From Burkholderiales bacterium (GTDB lineage Bacteria > Pseudomonadota > Gammaproteobacteria > Burkholderiales > JACQAP01), in contig JBJXFN010000061.1 of the NCBI GenBank assembly GCA_046155535.1, positions 1,540 through 65,539 of the forward strand: 64,000 nt of DNA, written 5' to 3'. Position 1 is the stretch's first letter, and the number at the start of each line of letters is the position of its first letter. The notes beneath the pieces are model-generated. The model was not told the origin of the DNA and ran no database searches. It saw only the letters and a program-made list of their open reading frames with translations. This document shows positions 8,932 to 18,234 of the stretch, piece by piece. Made by a program: the position numbers and the translations under genes.

Positions 8932-10062
8932 TCAGAGTCCAAACCAGCGGGCGCTGCGGCTCGCGCCGAACTGGACCTTGTGCGCCCGCCCAGCGACGGA
9001 GGGGGCGTGGTAGATGCTCTTGGGTTTCGGCCCGGTCAGAAAGTCCAGGTCCGCCCAGCCGAGGCGACCGTCGCCGAACTCGACCAGGCAGCTGCCCGTT
9101 CCCGGATTGGGCGTCACCTTCCCGCCCCTGAGCCTCGCGATGATTGAGCTCGCGACGGAGCGGGCCGCGCTCTCGGCAAAGGACCCGGCCTTCGGCAGTC
9201 CCGTCGCGGCCCCGTCGCCGATGGCGTACACGTCGGGGAAGCGCGTCTCCAGCGTGCTCAGGGTGATCGGGACCCAGCCGTTTTCGGCAAGGCCGCTGGC
9301 CAGCACCGGCTCAGGCACTTGGTGCTTGGGCACACCCAGGTACAGCGCATAAGGCAACTCGGTTCCATCGTCCAGCACTGCCGCCTTCCGCCCCGGCTCG
9401 AGCGCCTTTACGGAGCGACCGAGCAGTAGCGTGATTCCCTTTTCCGCAAAGGCGCCAACCAGCGCCCGGGAGAGGTCGGCCGAGGCCGGCATCGGGCTGG
9501 AAAGCGGGAGCACCAGGGTGATCTCGCATGCCTCGCGCACGCCCCGCCTCGTCAGGTAGTCGTGCAACGTCAGAGCGCATTCGCTCGGCGCGGGCGGGCA
9601 CTTGAAGGGGAAGCCGGTGACGCCCACGATGGCCGGGCCTTTGGAAAACGCGGGCAGCACCTCGCGCACCCGGCTGGCGCCCGCCACCGAGTAGAACTCG
9701 TTGCCGTCCTCGGATAAACCCGGTGTGGCGGCCAGATCATAGTCGGCACCCAGCGCGACCACCAGGAAGTCGGCCTCGTGGGTGCCGCCAGTGGTGGTAA
9801 CGCGCCGTGCCGCGGGATCAATGGCCGTGATCGTCTCTTTCACGAAGCGCACGCCGGGTTTGACGAAGTTGCGGTAGGGCAGGCGCACTGCCTCCGGCGT
9901 TGCCCGTCCGAACATCACCTCGATCTTGGAGTAGCCGAAAACGAAGGCGTCGCTTTTTTCTATCACGGTCACGTCGGCCTTTTCCCCCAATGCCTCCGAC
10001 AACAGGGTGGACAGCTCCATGCCGCCGAAACCAGCGCCCAGCACAAGAACTCGAGACTTCAT
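8932..10062 (-). CDS. FAD-dependent pyridine nucleotide-disulfide oxidoreductase, sulfide:quinone oxidoreductase/NDH-2-like
   Basis: From ATG 10062 the translation reads MKSRVLVLGAGFGGMELSTLL (Rossmann GxGxxG). A second dinucleotide motif, VYAIGDGA, lies near the C-terminus. Size is about 376 aa. Confidence 0.7.
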   Translation of the reverse strand: MKSRVLVLGAGFGGMELSTLLSEALGEKADVTVIEKSDAFVFGYSKIEVMFGRATPEAVRLPYRNFVKPGVRFVKETITAIDPAARRVTTTGGTHEADFLVVALGADYDLAATPGLSEDGNEFYSVAGASRVREVLPAFSKGPAIVGVTGFPFKCPPAPSECALTLHDYLTRRGVREACEITLVLPLSSPMPASADLSRALVGAFAEKGITLLLGRSVKALEPGRKAAVLDDGTELPYALYLGVPKHQVPEPVLASGLAENGWVPITLSTLETRFPDVYAIGDGAATGLPKAGSFAESAARSVASSIIARLRGGKVTPNPGTGSCLVEFGDGRLGWADLDFLTGPKPKSIYHAPSVAGRAHKVQFGASRSARWFGL

Positions 10063-10291
10063 CGCGATCCTTTCGCCCGAATTGCGTGACAAAACATGCA
10101 GTGCGGCTCGCCGCGCTCATGCTCACACAGTCTATACAGATCGGAACCCGCGCGCGGTCGCGGGAGCCAGAGGCGCGCCCAGCGTGGCGACTTCCGACGC
10201 GCTGACGCGCTGGATCACTTCCGGCAGCACATTCTGTTGCCGGTGTCGATTGGAACGATGGGTAGGGAAACGAGGTTAGAAGCGCCGGGCA

Positions 10292-11947
10292 CTACCGCGC
10301 GTCCTGCTGGAGAACCCTGTGGACGAAAGCGATCGCCATGCTGCCCTCGCCGACCGCGGAGGCCACGCGCTTGACCGGGCTCAATCTCACATCCCCACAA
10401 GCGAAGATACCGGGGACGCTCGATTCGAGCAGGTAAGGATCGCGGTTGTGCGACCAGCGCCCGGATTTCACCACGTCGTCGCCAGTCAGGACGTATCCCC
10501 GTGCATCGCGCGCGACGTCGGCAGGCAGCCAATCGGTCTCCGCGTCGGCGCCGATGAAAACAAAAATGCCGCCACTGTCGTGTCGGCGCACCGTTGCGCT
10601 CGCGCCATCGCGAATGTCGATGGCTGTCAGGTGTGTGTCGCCGTACGCCGCGACGACCTCCGAGCGCAGTTGCACCTTCACGTTCGATTTCCCGGCGAGC
10701 TGCTCGATCAGGTAGTGAGACATGCTCTTTTCCAGGGAAGTGCCCCGGACGATGAGCGTCACGGTACGCGCATGATTGGCGAAGAACATGGCGGCCTGCC
10801 CGGCCGAGTTCCCGGCGCCGATGAGGTGGACGTCGAGTCCATGGGTCGCGCTCGCTTCGCTGCGCGCCGCGCCATAGTAGATTCCCTTGCCGATGAGCCG
10901 GTCGAAGCCTTCGATGTCGAGGCGGCGCCAGGTGACGCCAGTGGCGAGAATGATGGTCCGAGCCCGGACGACATCGTCACCATCGAGGTAAATGCGGCAC
11001 ACTTTCGGATCGATGCGAACAACGGAGCGCGTGACCAGAAGCTCCGCGCCGAGCCGCCCCGCCTGCCTGAACGCCCGGCTCGCGAGCTCGTCGCCCGAGA
11101 CGCCACTGGGAAAACCGAGATAATTCTCGATGCGCGAGGACGTCCCGGCCTGGCCGCCGGGTGCCTCGCGCTCGACGACCAGGGTGCGCAGGCCCTCGGA
11201 CGCGCCGTACACCGCCGCCGCAAGGCCTGCCGGCCCGCCGCCGACGATGACAGTGTCGTATTCGGCATGGCGTGCGCTCGTTGCAAGGCCGAGGCGCCGG
11301 GCAAGGTCGCGCGTCGAAGGCCGGCACATAAGCGTCCCGTCGGCCAGCTTCAGCATGGGGCAATCTTCATCCGCCGGACGGGGTCCGGGCCAACGCGTCG
11401 CCAGATCGGGCGCGTCGAGTGCGATCGAATCGTAGGTGAACTGGTTGCGTGCGAGGAACTGCCGCAACACGGCGCAGGCATTGTCCCAGCGGTGACCGAT
11501 AATGGTGACGCGCGGCTTGGGCACCTCTGCCTCGATGGCCTGTACGCCGCCGATGCGCTCGCGCGCCAGCTCGCCAACCTTGAGGGAAATCTCGGGCGAC
11601 GCCGCTGCGATCGTGTAGTACTCCCGGATCTCCACGCGCATGACGCGAGAGGGCTCCGCGGCCCGATAACCCCCGTAGAGTGGCGTGCCAAGCGCAACCG
11701 GCAACTCGCCGAAGATGGTGCCGGGGAGGCGCCAGCCCAGGGTGCGCTCGACCCCGTCGAACGATCGGACGACCTGTATCTTGCCGGACAGAACCGCAAA
11801 TAGTGCACGTTCCTGCCCGCCCTCGTGTGCGGCATATTCCCCGGCGGCAAGGTGCAGGTCGGCAGACGTCTGCGCGAGGCGCTCGAGTTCAGGCAGCGCG
11901 AGTTTCGAGAACAGCGGAACTGCCCGGATGTCGTCAATGGTCAGCAT
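10292..11947 (-). CDS. Cyclic-nucleotide-binding domain fused to a thioredoxin-reductase-like flavoprotein (no CxxC)
   Basis: The N-terminus VPLFSKLALPELERLAQ...GTIFGELPVALG...RAAEPSRVMRV is a cNMP-binding fold. The C-terminal half reads YDTVIVGGGPAGLAAAVYGASEGLRTLVVE...GGQAGTSSRIENYLGFP...IGAGNSAGQAAMFF...GIFACGDV, which is TrxR-like. The position of the TrxB CATC motif reads GIYYGAARSEAS. Confidence 0.8.
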   Translation of the reverse strand: MLTIDDIRAVPLFSKLALPELERLAQTSADLHLAAGEYAAHEGGQERALFAVLSGKIQVVRSFDGVERTLGWRLPGTIFGELPVALGTPLYGGYRAAEPSRVMRVEIREYYTIAAASPEISLKVGELARERIGGVQAIEAEVPKPRVTIIGHRWDNACAVLRQFLARNQFTYDSIALDAPDLATRWPGPRPADEDCPMLKLADGTLMCRPSTRDLARRLGLATSARHAEYDTVIVGGGPAGLAAAVYGASEGLRTLVVEREAPGGQAGTSSRIENYLGFPSGVSGDELASRAFRQAGRLGAELLVTRSVVRIDPKVCRIYLDGDDVVRARTIILATGVTWRRLDIEGFDRLIGKGIYYGAARSEASATHGLDVHLIGAGNSAGQAAMFFANHARTVTLIVRGTSLEKSMSHYLIEQLAGKSNVKVQLRSEVVAAYGDTHLTAIDIRDGASATVRRHDSGGIFVFIGADAETDWLPADVARDARGYVLTGDDVVKSGRWSHNRDPYLLESSVPGIFACGDVRLSPVKRVASAVGEGSMAIAFVHRVLQQDAR

Positions 11948-12057
11948 GGTTCGGTCAAATGGAGGAAGAGGGAGCAGTTACAAGTTGTGGACCAGCGGCG
12001 CGCGCGCCGGCAGGGATTCGAATTTGCACGGCGGCTCGCGTCGTCGCCGACCGCAGG

Positions 12058-12204
12058 TTGAAACGTCTTTACAATAACAGGCCTACGAAGCGCCCGGTTC
12101 CGGACAAGGTAAACGACACCCATCCCGGACCAATTATCGGGGCCGGACATCTTCAGGACCGCGTACTCGCCCCCAATACGGTCATCGGGTTTGTATTGCT
12201 GCAT
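12058..12204 (-). pseudogene. Possible N-terminal fragment of a Ser/Thr protein kinase (subdomains I-II only)
   Basis: The minus-strand peptide from ATG 12204 is MQQYKPDDRIGGEYAVLKMSGPDNWSGMGVVYLVRNRALRRPVIVKTFQ. It resembles a Gly-rich loop (G.G.VY) plus the VAIK-type lysine strand. Similarity ends after about 49 aa, and the frame runs into the promoter region of the neighbouring gene. Confidence 0.3.
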
Positions 12205-12228
12205 CAGGTCGTCCTTTTCCGGTCCGCA

Positions 12229-12690
12229 TTGATCCTTGAGAAGTATCTCGCCCGTTATGTGTTCAAGGTGGCGATCTCGGAATCTCGCATCCAGTCGGTG
12301 GACGATACCCACGTGTGCTTTACTTACCGCAAGGTGCACAGCAACCGGGTGCGCACGATGCGCCTGCCGATCTTGGCCTTCCTCCACCGCTTCCTGCAGC
12401 ACGTGCTGCCCACCGGGTTCATGAAGCTGCGCTATTTCGGCTTTCTGTCACCGTCCTTCAAGATGCCGTTTGAGCAAATCAAGGCGCGCATCGAGCTGGC
12501 GCAGGGGTTCAATGTGAAGCCGCCGCCATCGGTCGAGGTGCAAAGGCGTGAGCGGCTGCGCTGCCCGCGCTGCGGGGCAACGCTTACTTACCGGCGCACG
12601 ATCCTGCCGCGCGAGCAGCTCAGGCAACGCATCGCGCAGTGCTTCGCGCCCGCCCCGGCGATGATCCAGGCGCTTAACGCCGGGCCGTAA
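12229..12690 (+). mobile_element. IS91-family (rolling-circle Y2) transposase, C-terminal fragment only
   Basis: The translation reads EKYLARYVFKVAISESRIQSVDDTHVCFTYRK...RTMRLPILAFLHRFLQHVLPTGFMKLRYFGFLS...RLRCPRCGATL. It matches the conserved YLGRYTHRVAISNSRL...F.RRFL.HVLP.GF.rIRhyGlL block of IS91/ISCR transposases. The N-terminal two thirds, including the catalytic region, are absent. Confidence 0.7.
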
Positions 12691-13060
12691 TCCGCGCTTC
12701 GCACTCGTTGGCGTGGCATCGATCCCGGGCGCACTGGGCCTGGCTCGCGGTGACTTCACCCATCAGTTCATTTACCGAAGGGTGCGGGGACGCTTTGCCA
12801 ACGATGGGAATTTAGTTCGGTGGTAACGGTACTATTTTGATGAAGTAGTACCCAAATTCCGAAAAAACCGGCGAATCGTTCTTGCGATTGCGCCCTCATG
12901 CACCAATCGCGCGCTGCCTGCAGTGCCGAAAATCACGCGGCGCGAAAGCATTTCCCATACGCACAATCCTTCACTCGTGTTCCGGGCCTCTTGAACAGCG
13001 TATTGAAACGACTCTTCGAGTCGTCTCAATCCTTATGGGTTAGGGCGCACTCGGCGACGG

Positions 13061-13879
13061 CTACTGCTGGGCGATAACGATATGGGCTTGAATCTTGCCT
13101 TCGACAGCGCCATGACCGAACCTCTTGCCGATTTCAGTTACGGCGGCGTTTGTGGCCTCAATCAGTCCGGCAGGGTCTCTCGTCTCGATCTCGCTTCTGA
13201 GCAGTGTGCCCTGGCAGTACGCGATAGCAGGAATGCTGGGTGATGCTGCACAACTCTTTGCGGCCAGCGTGACGATTTCCAACGGGCGATCGAATCCGCC
13301 TTCCTTCACGTCCCGTGCGATCAGTTCTGTGTCGCTGTATCCATGCGGAGTACGTGCCATGAATCGAGGCGGATCGTCTGGAAACATCTGCTGTAGCGCG
13401 AACGTTACGGCGTCTGCAAACTCGTTCTGATCGATCGAGTCCCACACGTTGAAAATGAAGGTGCCTCCCAAGCGCAAGACTCGCTTCGCCTCAGAGAAGG
13501 CGCCTGGTCTATCTGGAAAGAACATGGCACCAAACTGACAAACGACAACGTCAAAGGTCTCGTCAGGAAACGGAAGCTGCATCGCGTCCGCTTGTCGCCA
13601 TTCGACAGGGCGGCTCGTACCTACTGCGGCGGCCCGGTCAATCATGGCCTGATTTAGATCGGTTGCGACGATCCGAACTTCAGGTGCTAGCGCACTTGCG
13701 AGTTGCCTTGTCACGACACCGGTTCCTGCTGCGATTTCAAGCAGACAGGATGGCCGAAGCCTCGCTACACGAGAGGCCATGTCAACAGCATATGGCTCAA
13801 ATATCAAGGGAACCATGTACTCGTCGTATAGCTGTGGAATCGACCCGGTGAAGAGTCTGTCTACGTCAGATACCGCCAT
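13061..13879 (-). CDS. Class I SAM-dependent methyltransferase
   Basis: Motif I is LLEIAAGTGVVTRQL. Post-I is IVATDLNQAMI. Motif II-like is FDVVVCQFGAMFF, followed by LRLGGTFIFNVW. GC content is visibly lower than in the surrounding genes. Confidence 0.85.
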   Translation of the reverse strand: MAVSDVDRLFTGSIPQLYDEYMVPLIFEPYAVDMASRVARLRPSCLLEIAAGTGVVTRQLASALAPEVRIVATDLNQAMIDRAAAVGTSRPVEWRQADAMQLPFPDETFDVVVCQFGAMFFPDRPGAFSEAKRVLRLGGTFIFNVWDSIDQNEFADAVTFALQQMFPDDPPRFMARTPHGYSDTELIARDVKEGGFDRPLEIVTLAAKSCAASPSIPAIAYCQGTLLRSEIETRDPAGLIEATNAAVTEIGKRFGHGAVEGKIQAHIVIAQQ

Positions 13880-14497
13880 GATCGTCTCCGAGGGCTTTGG
13901 TGCGCCTTAACGTGAAGTAGACGGCGTAATCGCCGTGTATCGCAGCAATTGATTGAAAGCGACGCAAGGAAGTTGTCGATTTGGCAGGGAAGCCTGGTGA
14001 AATTCCATCTACGGTCGTTCCTCAACGTCGCGTGATTTTTTGCCAGAATAGAGCCGGTCTGCGATTAAAGCAATATCAGCCAAATAAGGTTGATGGTCAA
14101 TCATGCAAAGGCAACTATCCTCCTAGATAGTCGGCGTGAGAAAGTTTAATCGCGACGGATGACTGCTCTTCTCAAGAATGGAATTTTTCAGTCAAAAAAT
14201 TCCAGACGACGCGGTTGCTCAGCGGTACTGAGGGATCCGGGGCAATCCCCTTCGCGTCCTCCCCTTGACAATGGGGTTCTTGCAGGTCTCAGCCGCTGCG
14301 CGGGCGGAACGCGGGTTTGCAAAAGACGCATGCGGAAAGCACCCCGGGCAAATGCGTCTTGCCTTGGGCGCTCGGTCTGTCAGCCGCCTTGTCTTTCGAG
14401 CAGAACAGGCAAGTGGCCGAGCGTGACGTTGCGCCGCGAAAGGGTTCAGTTTGACGGGAATACTGGAAATCGGAAACAAAGCTTGATCCTAGCGATA

Positions 14498-16957
14498 TTA
14501 CGAATTCGCTATGCTCAGCAGAGGGCCGTCATTCTCGACCGGCGTTGAGGCGAAACGTGAAGAAAATTCTGCAAAAGGGATCGCGGGACTGATCAGGTAG
14601 CCTTGGTACAGGTCGCACCCGAACTGCTTCAGCACGTCCAGTTGCGCCGCATGTTCCACTCCTTCCGCAGTCACCGATAGTCCAAGACTGTGACCCAGCG
14701 CCAGTATTCCGCGCGCGATCGACGCCGCTTTCGTGACCGTGGCGATGTCGAGCACGAAAGACCGGTCGATTTTGACGCCGTGAATCGGCAGATAGCGAAG
14801 GTAACTGAGCGAGGAGTAGCCGACACCGAAGTCGTCGATCGATATCCGCACGCCTTCGTCTACCAGATCCCGGATGGTTTTCAATTTGCGCCGGTCTGCC
14901 TCGGCCACGATCAGCGATTCGGTGATCTCGAATTCGAGCATTTGGGCGTCGAGCCCGCCACTGCGCAGAAGGCTGCGCAGCTTTTCCAGCAGCGCAACGC
15001 CTTTGTCCACCTGCCGTGACGAGAGATTCACCGCGATGCGTGGTACCGTCACCCCCGCACGCTGCCATTCACGCATCATCCCGCCGACACCCTCCAGGAC
15101 ATACTCCCCGATCGGTTCGATGAGGCCGCTTTCCTCCGCCACCGGAATGAATTCGAGCGGCGGAATCATGCGATCGCCATGTGGCCAGCGCAGCAGGACT
15201 TCGGCACCGACCAGCCTGCCGGTGGCTACCGACAATTGAGGCTGCAAGTAGAGCGCCAGTTCCCCATTTTCCAGGGCGTTGCGAAGTTTGCCTTCCAGGT
15301 CGATGCGCCGGTTGACCTTCTTTGTCAGCGCTTCGGAATAGAAGCGATAACACGAGCGGCCATCTGCTTTGGCCTGATACATCGCCATGTCGGCGCAGCG
15401 CATCAGTGTGGAAACGTCGTAACCGTCATCGGGCGCGATTGCGATCCCGATACTGGCACTGCTGGGCATGACGCTTCCTTCACCAATAAACGGTTCCGCC
15501 ATGCTGGTGATGATTTTCGCCGCGACAACGTCAGCATGCCCGGGGTCCTGCAAACGATCGAGGACGACCACGAATTCGTCACCGCCGATCCGTGCCACCG
15601 TGTCGCCCTTGCGCACGCATGCCGATATCCGGGCTGCGACCGTCTTCAGGAAGCTGTCACCGGCCTCGTGGCCCAGGAGGTCGTTGATGAGTTTGAAGTG
15701 ATCCAGATCGACGAACATCACCGCGACCTTCTCCCCGTTTCTCGCAGCACTGATGAGCGCATTTTCGAGACGATCCTGCAGCAAGGCCCGGTTCGGCAAA
15801 CTGGTCAGCACATCTCTGGTGGCGAGGTACTGTGTGTGTTCTTCCGCGTTCTTGCGCTTCGTAACATCGGTGGCCACACCGCGATAACCTTCGAACCGGC
15901 CCTGAGCATCGAACTTCGGTTTTCCACTGACGGAAATCCATCGATTATCGATTGTGTATCGGAGGATCAGATCGCGGAACGGCATACGTGCTTGCAAGGC
16001 ATGAAAATGATCCTCGCGTACCTTCGCGGATTCGAATTCCAATGGCAATTCGAATCGTGTTTTGCCGATAGCTTCTTGCGTCGGCACAACGGCCCGATTC
16101 GAAGAGTCTGTGACTTGGGAGAAACGGAAGTTTTCGTCCTGCTCCCAAAACCAGTCGGATGATAGTTCCGTCAGGCTGCGAAAGCGCTCCTCGCTTTCTT
16201 TCAACGCTTTTGCCGCTACAGTTTGTTCGGTGACGTCCCTGCCCACTCCGTGGTAGCCAACGAATGTTCCGTTCACATCGAACATGGGGCTGCCGCTGAT
16301 GGACAAGTGGTGCAGGTTGCCATCTTCATCGCGCCCCATTACGTGCAAATCGGCAAAGGGCTGGTGTGCTTCCAATATTGCCTTGTGCTCGCGCAATTGC
16401 GTATCGGATTCCCAAATATGGTCAACCTCCCACCGTGCCTTGCTCAGAGACGGCCGCATTTTCATGCCGGACATCGCGTTGTAGTGGTCGGATATGAAGA
16501 TCAGACGGAAGTCTGCATCTTGCTCCCAGTACCAGTCCGAAGACAGCTCCGTCAGTTTGCGGAAACGCTCCTCACTGATCCGCAGTTGTTGCTGCGCATC
16601 GCGCTGTGCCTGCATATCGCGAACTGCTGCGATGATGAGCCGGCCGCGCGCATCGTCGAGATAACCCAGGCGGATGTCGACCGCGACCTCTTTTCCGTCT
16701 TTGCGCCTGAGTGTAAGGGCGACAACCGCACCCATGGGCCGGATATGCGGGCTGGACACCAACCCGTCCCGCCAGGCCTTACGAAGGGTCCGCCCCTGTT
16801 CCGGTACCAGGGTATCCACGCCCAGGCTGACCAGCTGTTCGCGGCCATAACCCGTCAAGGTCACGGCCTCCTGGTTCGCGTCGATAATGCGTCCATCGCC
16901 ATTGGCTACAATGACCGCGTCCGGTATTAATTCTATAAATTGCCGCAGATCAGTCAT
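14498..16957 (-). CDS. Multi-PAS GGDEF/EAL c-di-GMP signalling protein
   Basis: There are three PAS-like repeats; ELSSDWYWEQDADFRLIF and ELSSDWFWEQDENFRFSQV are internal repeats. The GGDEF domain reads RIGGDEFVV and the EAL domain reads LEFEITES...DDFGVGYSSLSYL. ATG 16957 is preceded by AAGGAAAA. The ORF-track start at 17041 is less likely. Confidence 0.9.
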   Translation of the reverse strand: MTDLRQFIELIPDAVIVANGDGRIIDANQEAVTLTGYGREQLVSLGVDTLVPEQGRTLRKAWRDGLVSSPHIRPMGAVVALTLRRKDGKEVAVDIRLGYLDDARGRLIIAAVRDMQAQRDAQQQLRISEERFRKLTELSSDWYWEQDADFRLIFISDHYNAMSGMKMRPSLSKARWEVDHIWESDTQLREHKAILEAHQPFADLHVMGRDEDGNLHHLSISGSPMFDVNGTFVGYHGVGRDVTEQTVAAKALKESEERFRSLTELSSDWFWEQDENFRFSQVTDSSNRAVVPTQEAIGKTRFELPLEFESAKVREDHFHALQARMPFRDLILRYTIDNRWISVSGKPKFDAQGRFEGYRGVATDVTKRKNAEEHTQYLATRDVLTSLPNRALLQDRLENALISAARNGEKVAVMFVDLDHFKLINDLLGHEAGDSFLKTVAARISACVRKGDTVARIGGDEFVVVLDRLQDPGHADVVAAKIITSMAEPFIGEGSVMPSSASIGIAIAPDDGYDVSTLMRCADMAMYQAKADGRSCYRFYSEALTKKVNRRIDLEGKLRNALENGELALYLQPQLSVATGRLVGAEVLLRWPHGDRMIPPLEFIPVAEESGLIEPIGEYVLEGVGGMMREWQRAGVTVPRIAVNLSSRQVDKGVALLEKLRSLLRSGGLDAQMLEFEITESLIVAEADRRKLKTIRDLVDEGVRISIDDFGVGYSSLSYLRYLPIHGVKIDRSFVLDIATVTKAASIARGILALGHSLGLSVTAEGVEHAAQLDVLKQFGCDLYQGYLISPAIPFAEFSSRFASTPVENDGPLLSIANS

Positions 16958-17243
16958 TTCAATTTTCCTTGCTCGCGCTCGAACGGCGAACTTGGAAATC
17001 CGATTTTGCACGACGAATAATCGGGTATCGGCTGGTCGCACAAGAACTTGAATTTCTGGGAGGCAAATTAAGGTCGGAAGAGAATTCTCCGTGAACCATT
17101 TTCGTCCAGGAATACAGTCGCGACGGGGATCCGTTAACAGGCTTTAGCTGAAGCGGTACAAAGGCATGCCCCAGTGATCGTTATTTTTGAGGAAACCGGA
17201 ACAGCAGGTACGGGTCGTTGTACCCTTTACGCCGTGTTGCATT

Positions 17244-17260
17244 CCTCTGTGTTCTCTGTG
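17244..17260. repeat. Solo arm of the CACAGAG-type REP/MITE-like element family
   Basis: CCTCTGTGTTCTCTGTG is identical to 17 nt of the right arm of the element at 19949..20066. It is intergenic, downstream of the 17325..18140 gene. A degenerate left arm may lie near 17190. Confidence 0.45.
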
Positions 17261-17324
17261 TCGAGAGCGTTTACGAATTGTCAGTCAACACTATCTGGTG
17301 GGGACGCGACACAAGCAACGCCAC

Positions 17325-18140
17325 TCACGATCCGACGCTGGCCCGGAAAGCGTCGAAGTGCCGCTGCATGTCTTTCCTTCGAGCCACCATGCCGGCCTCG
17401 ATGGCCCGGGTGGTGTCCTCGAGGTGACGGAAGATGGCTCCCAGCATGGGGATGGCGAGCATTTTCCAGTACTGGATTCCCGGACAATATGGCCCGTCCG
17501 GACTGCACGCGATAAAGGCAAAGGCCTGTGAGTTGCGACTGGCGAAGCTGACGTCCTCGGACGGAATCCTTTTCAACGCCTCTTTTTGCAGGGCATGCAA
17601 TTGGTCCTGGGTTTCGCGCACTTCGTAGTCGAAACGATCGGTGAAGGTGTAGTAGAACAATACGGTTTCACCCAGGTACCACTCCATCAGGCGGCGTTGC
17701 TTGATGCCGCCTTCGGTCTGGAAGTGATCCGCGATCACCGACGCTTGTTCTCCGTCAAAGGTCTTGGCGGTGTATTCGGTCCATGTCTGCTTGAGCCAGG
17801 CCTCCTGCACGATCTGCTCTGCCAGCACGGCGTTCGCCGTGTTCAACAATTCCGCTTTGGCGGCTTTCCATTCCGGCCGGGTTTCCCACCATTTCGGTCC
17901 CAGTTTTTCTTCGTGCCCCCATTTCACCAGCAGTTTGTGCGCAGCGCGCACCCCCTGCTGCTTGACCATCAATTCCGCGCCCTTGCGGATCAGGGTGGTG
18001 TCATGACTATCGACCACACGCGCGATGGCCTCGTTTTCGTAACGGCGGGATTCTTCCGCTTCGTTTTCGGCAAGGACGGGGGAAGAAAACGCGGCTGTGA
18101 GGAGCAGTCCGATGAAAATATTCGCGTTGCGGAGCAACAT
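17325..18140 (-). CDS. Secreted hypothetical protein, paralog A (family unknown)
   Basis: Signal peptide MLLRNANIFIGLLLTAAFSSPVLA. It shares collinear motifs with 23975..24766: PEWK, HF.tEGG..QRR..EWY.GE, YTFTDR, FASR and Y.KM. Confidence 0.6.
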   Translation of the reverse strand: MLLRNANIFIGLLLTAAFSSPVLAENEAEESRRYENEAIARVVDSHDTTLIRKGAELMVKQQGVRAAHKLLVKWGHEEKLGPKWWETRPEWKAAKAELLNTANAVLAEQIVQEAWLKQTWTEYTAKTFDGEQASVIADHFQTEGGIKQRRLMEWYLGETVLFYYTFTDRFDYEVRETQDQLHALQKEALKRIPSEDVSFASRNSQAFAFIACSPDGPYCPGIQYWKMLAIPMLGAIFRHLEDTTRAIEAGMVARRKDMQRHFDAFRASVGS

Positions 18141-18234
18141 GACTCGGGAGTTTCCGGTGACAGAAATGGTGGCCGCGTCGTTTCCGAAGTGGCTGCGGAA
18201 TATTACTGTATTCCGGCCTCGGGCCGCTTCGATG

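Noticed and set aside
10319-11803. 494-codon plus-strand ORF
   Set aside because: It is antisense to the cNMP/TrxR-like gene, whose minus-strand translation carries clear Rossmann and cNMP motifs. The plus-strand translation has no recognisable features.
11680-12690. Single 336-codon gene as listed in the ORF track
   Set aside because: The first 180 or so codons are antisense to, or upstream of, the cNMP/TrxR-like gene and have no similarity to anything. Only the C-terminal part is IS91-transposase-like. It is treated as a transposase fragment.
12832-13029. 65-codon minus-strand ORF just downstream of the methyltransferase
   Set aside because: It starts at a TTG inside a small hairpin (GACGACTC-GAA-GAGTCGT) and has no motifs. 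It lies in lower-GC DNA that is probably IS91-associated non-coding sequence.
14405-14460. tRNA-like start (GGCAAGTGGCCGAGCG, reminiscent of the 5' acceptor/D-arm of class II tRNAs)
   Set aside because: No anticodon stem, T-arm (GGTTCGAAT-type) or complementary 3' acceptor strand follows. It cannot fold into a cloverleaf. At most it is a fragment.
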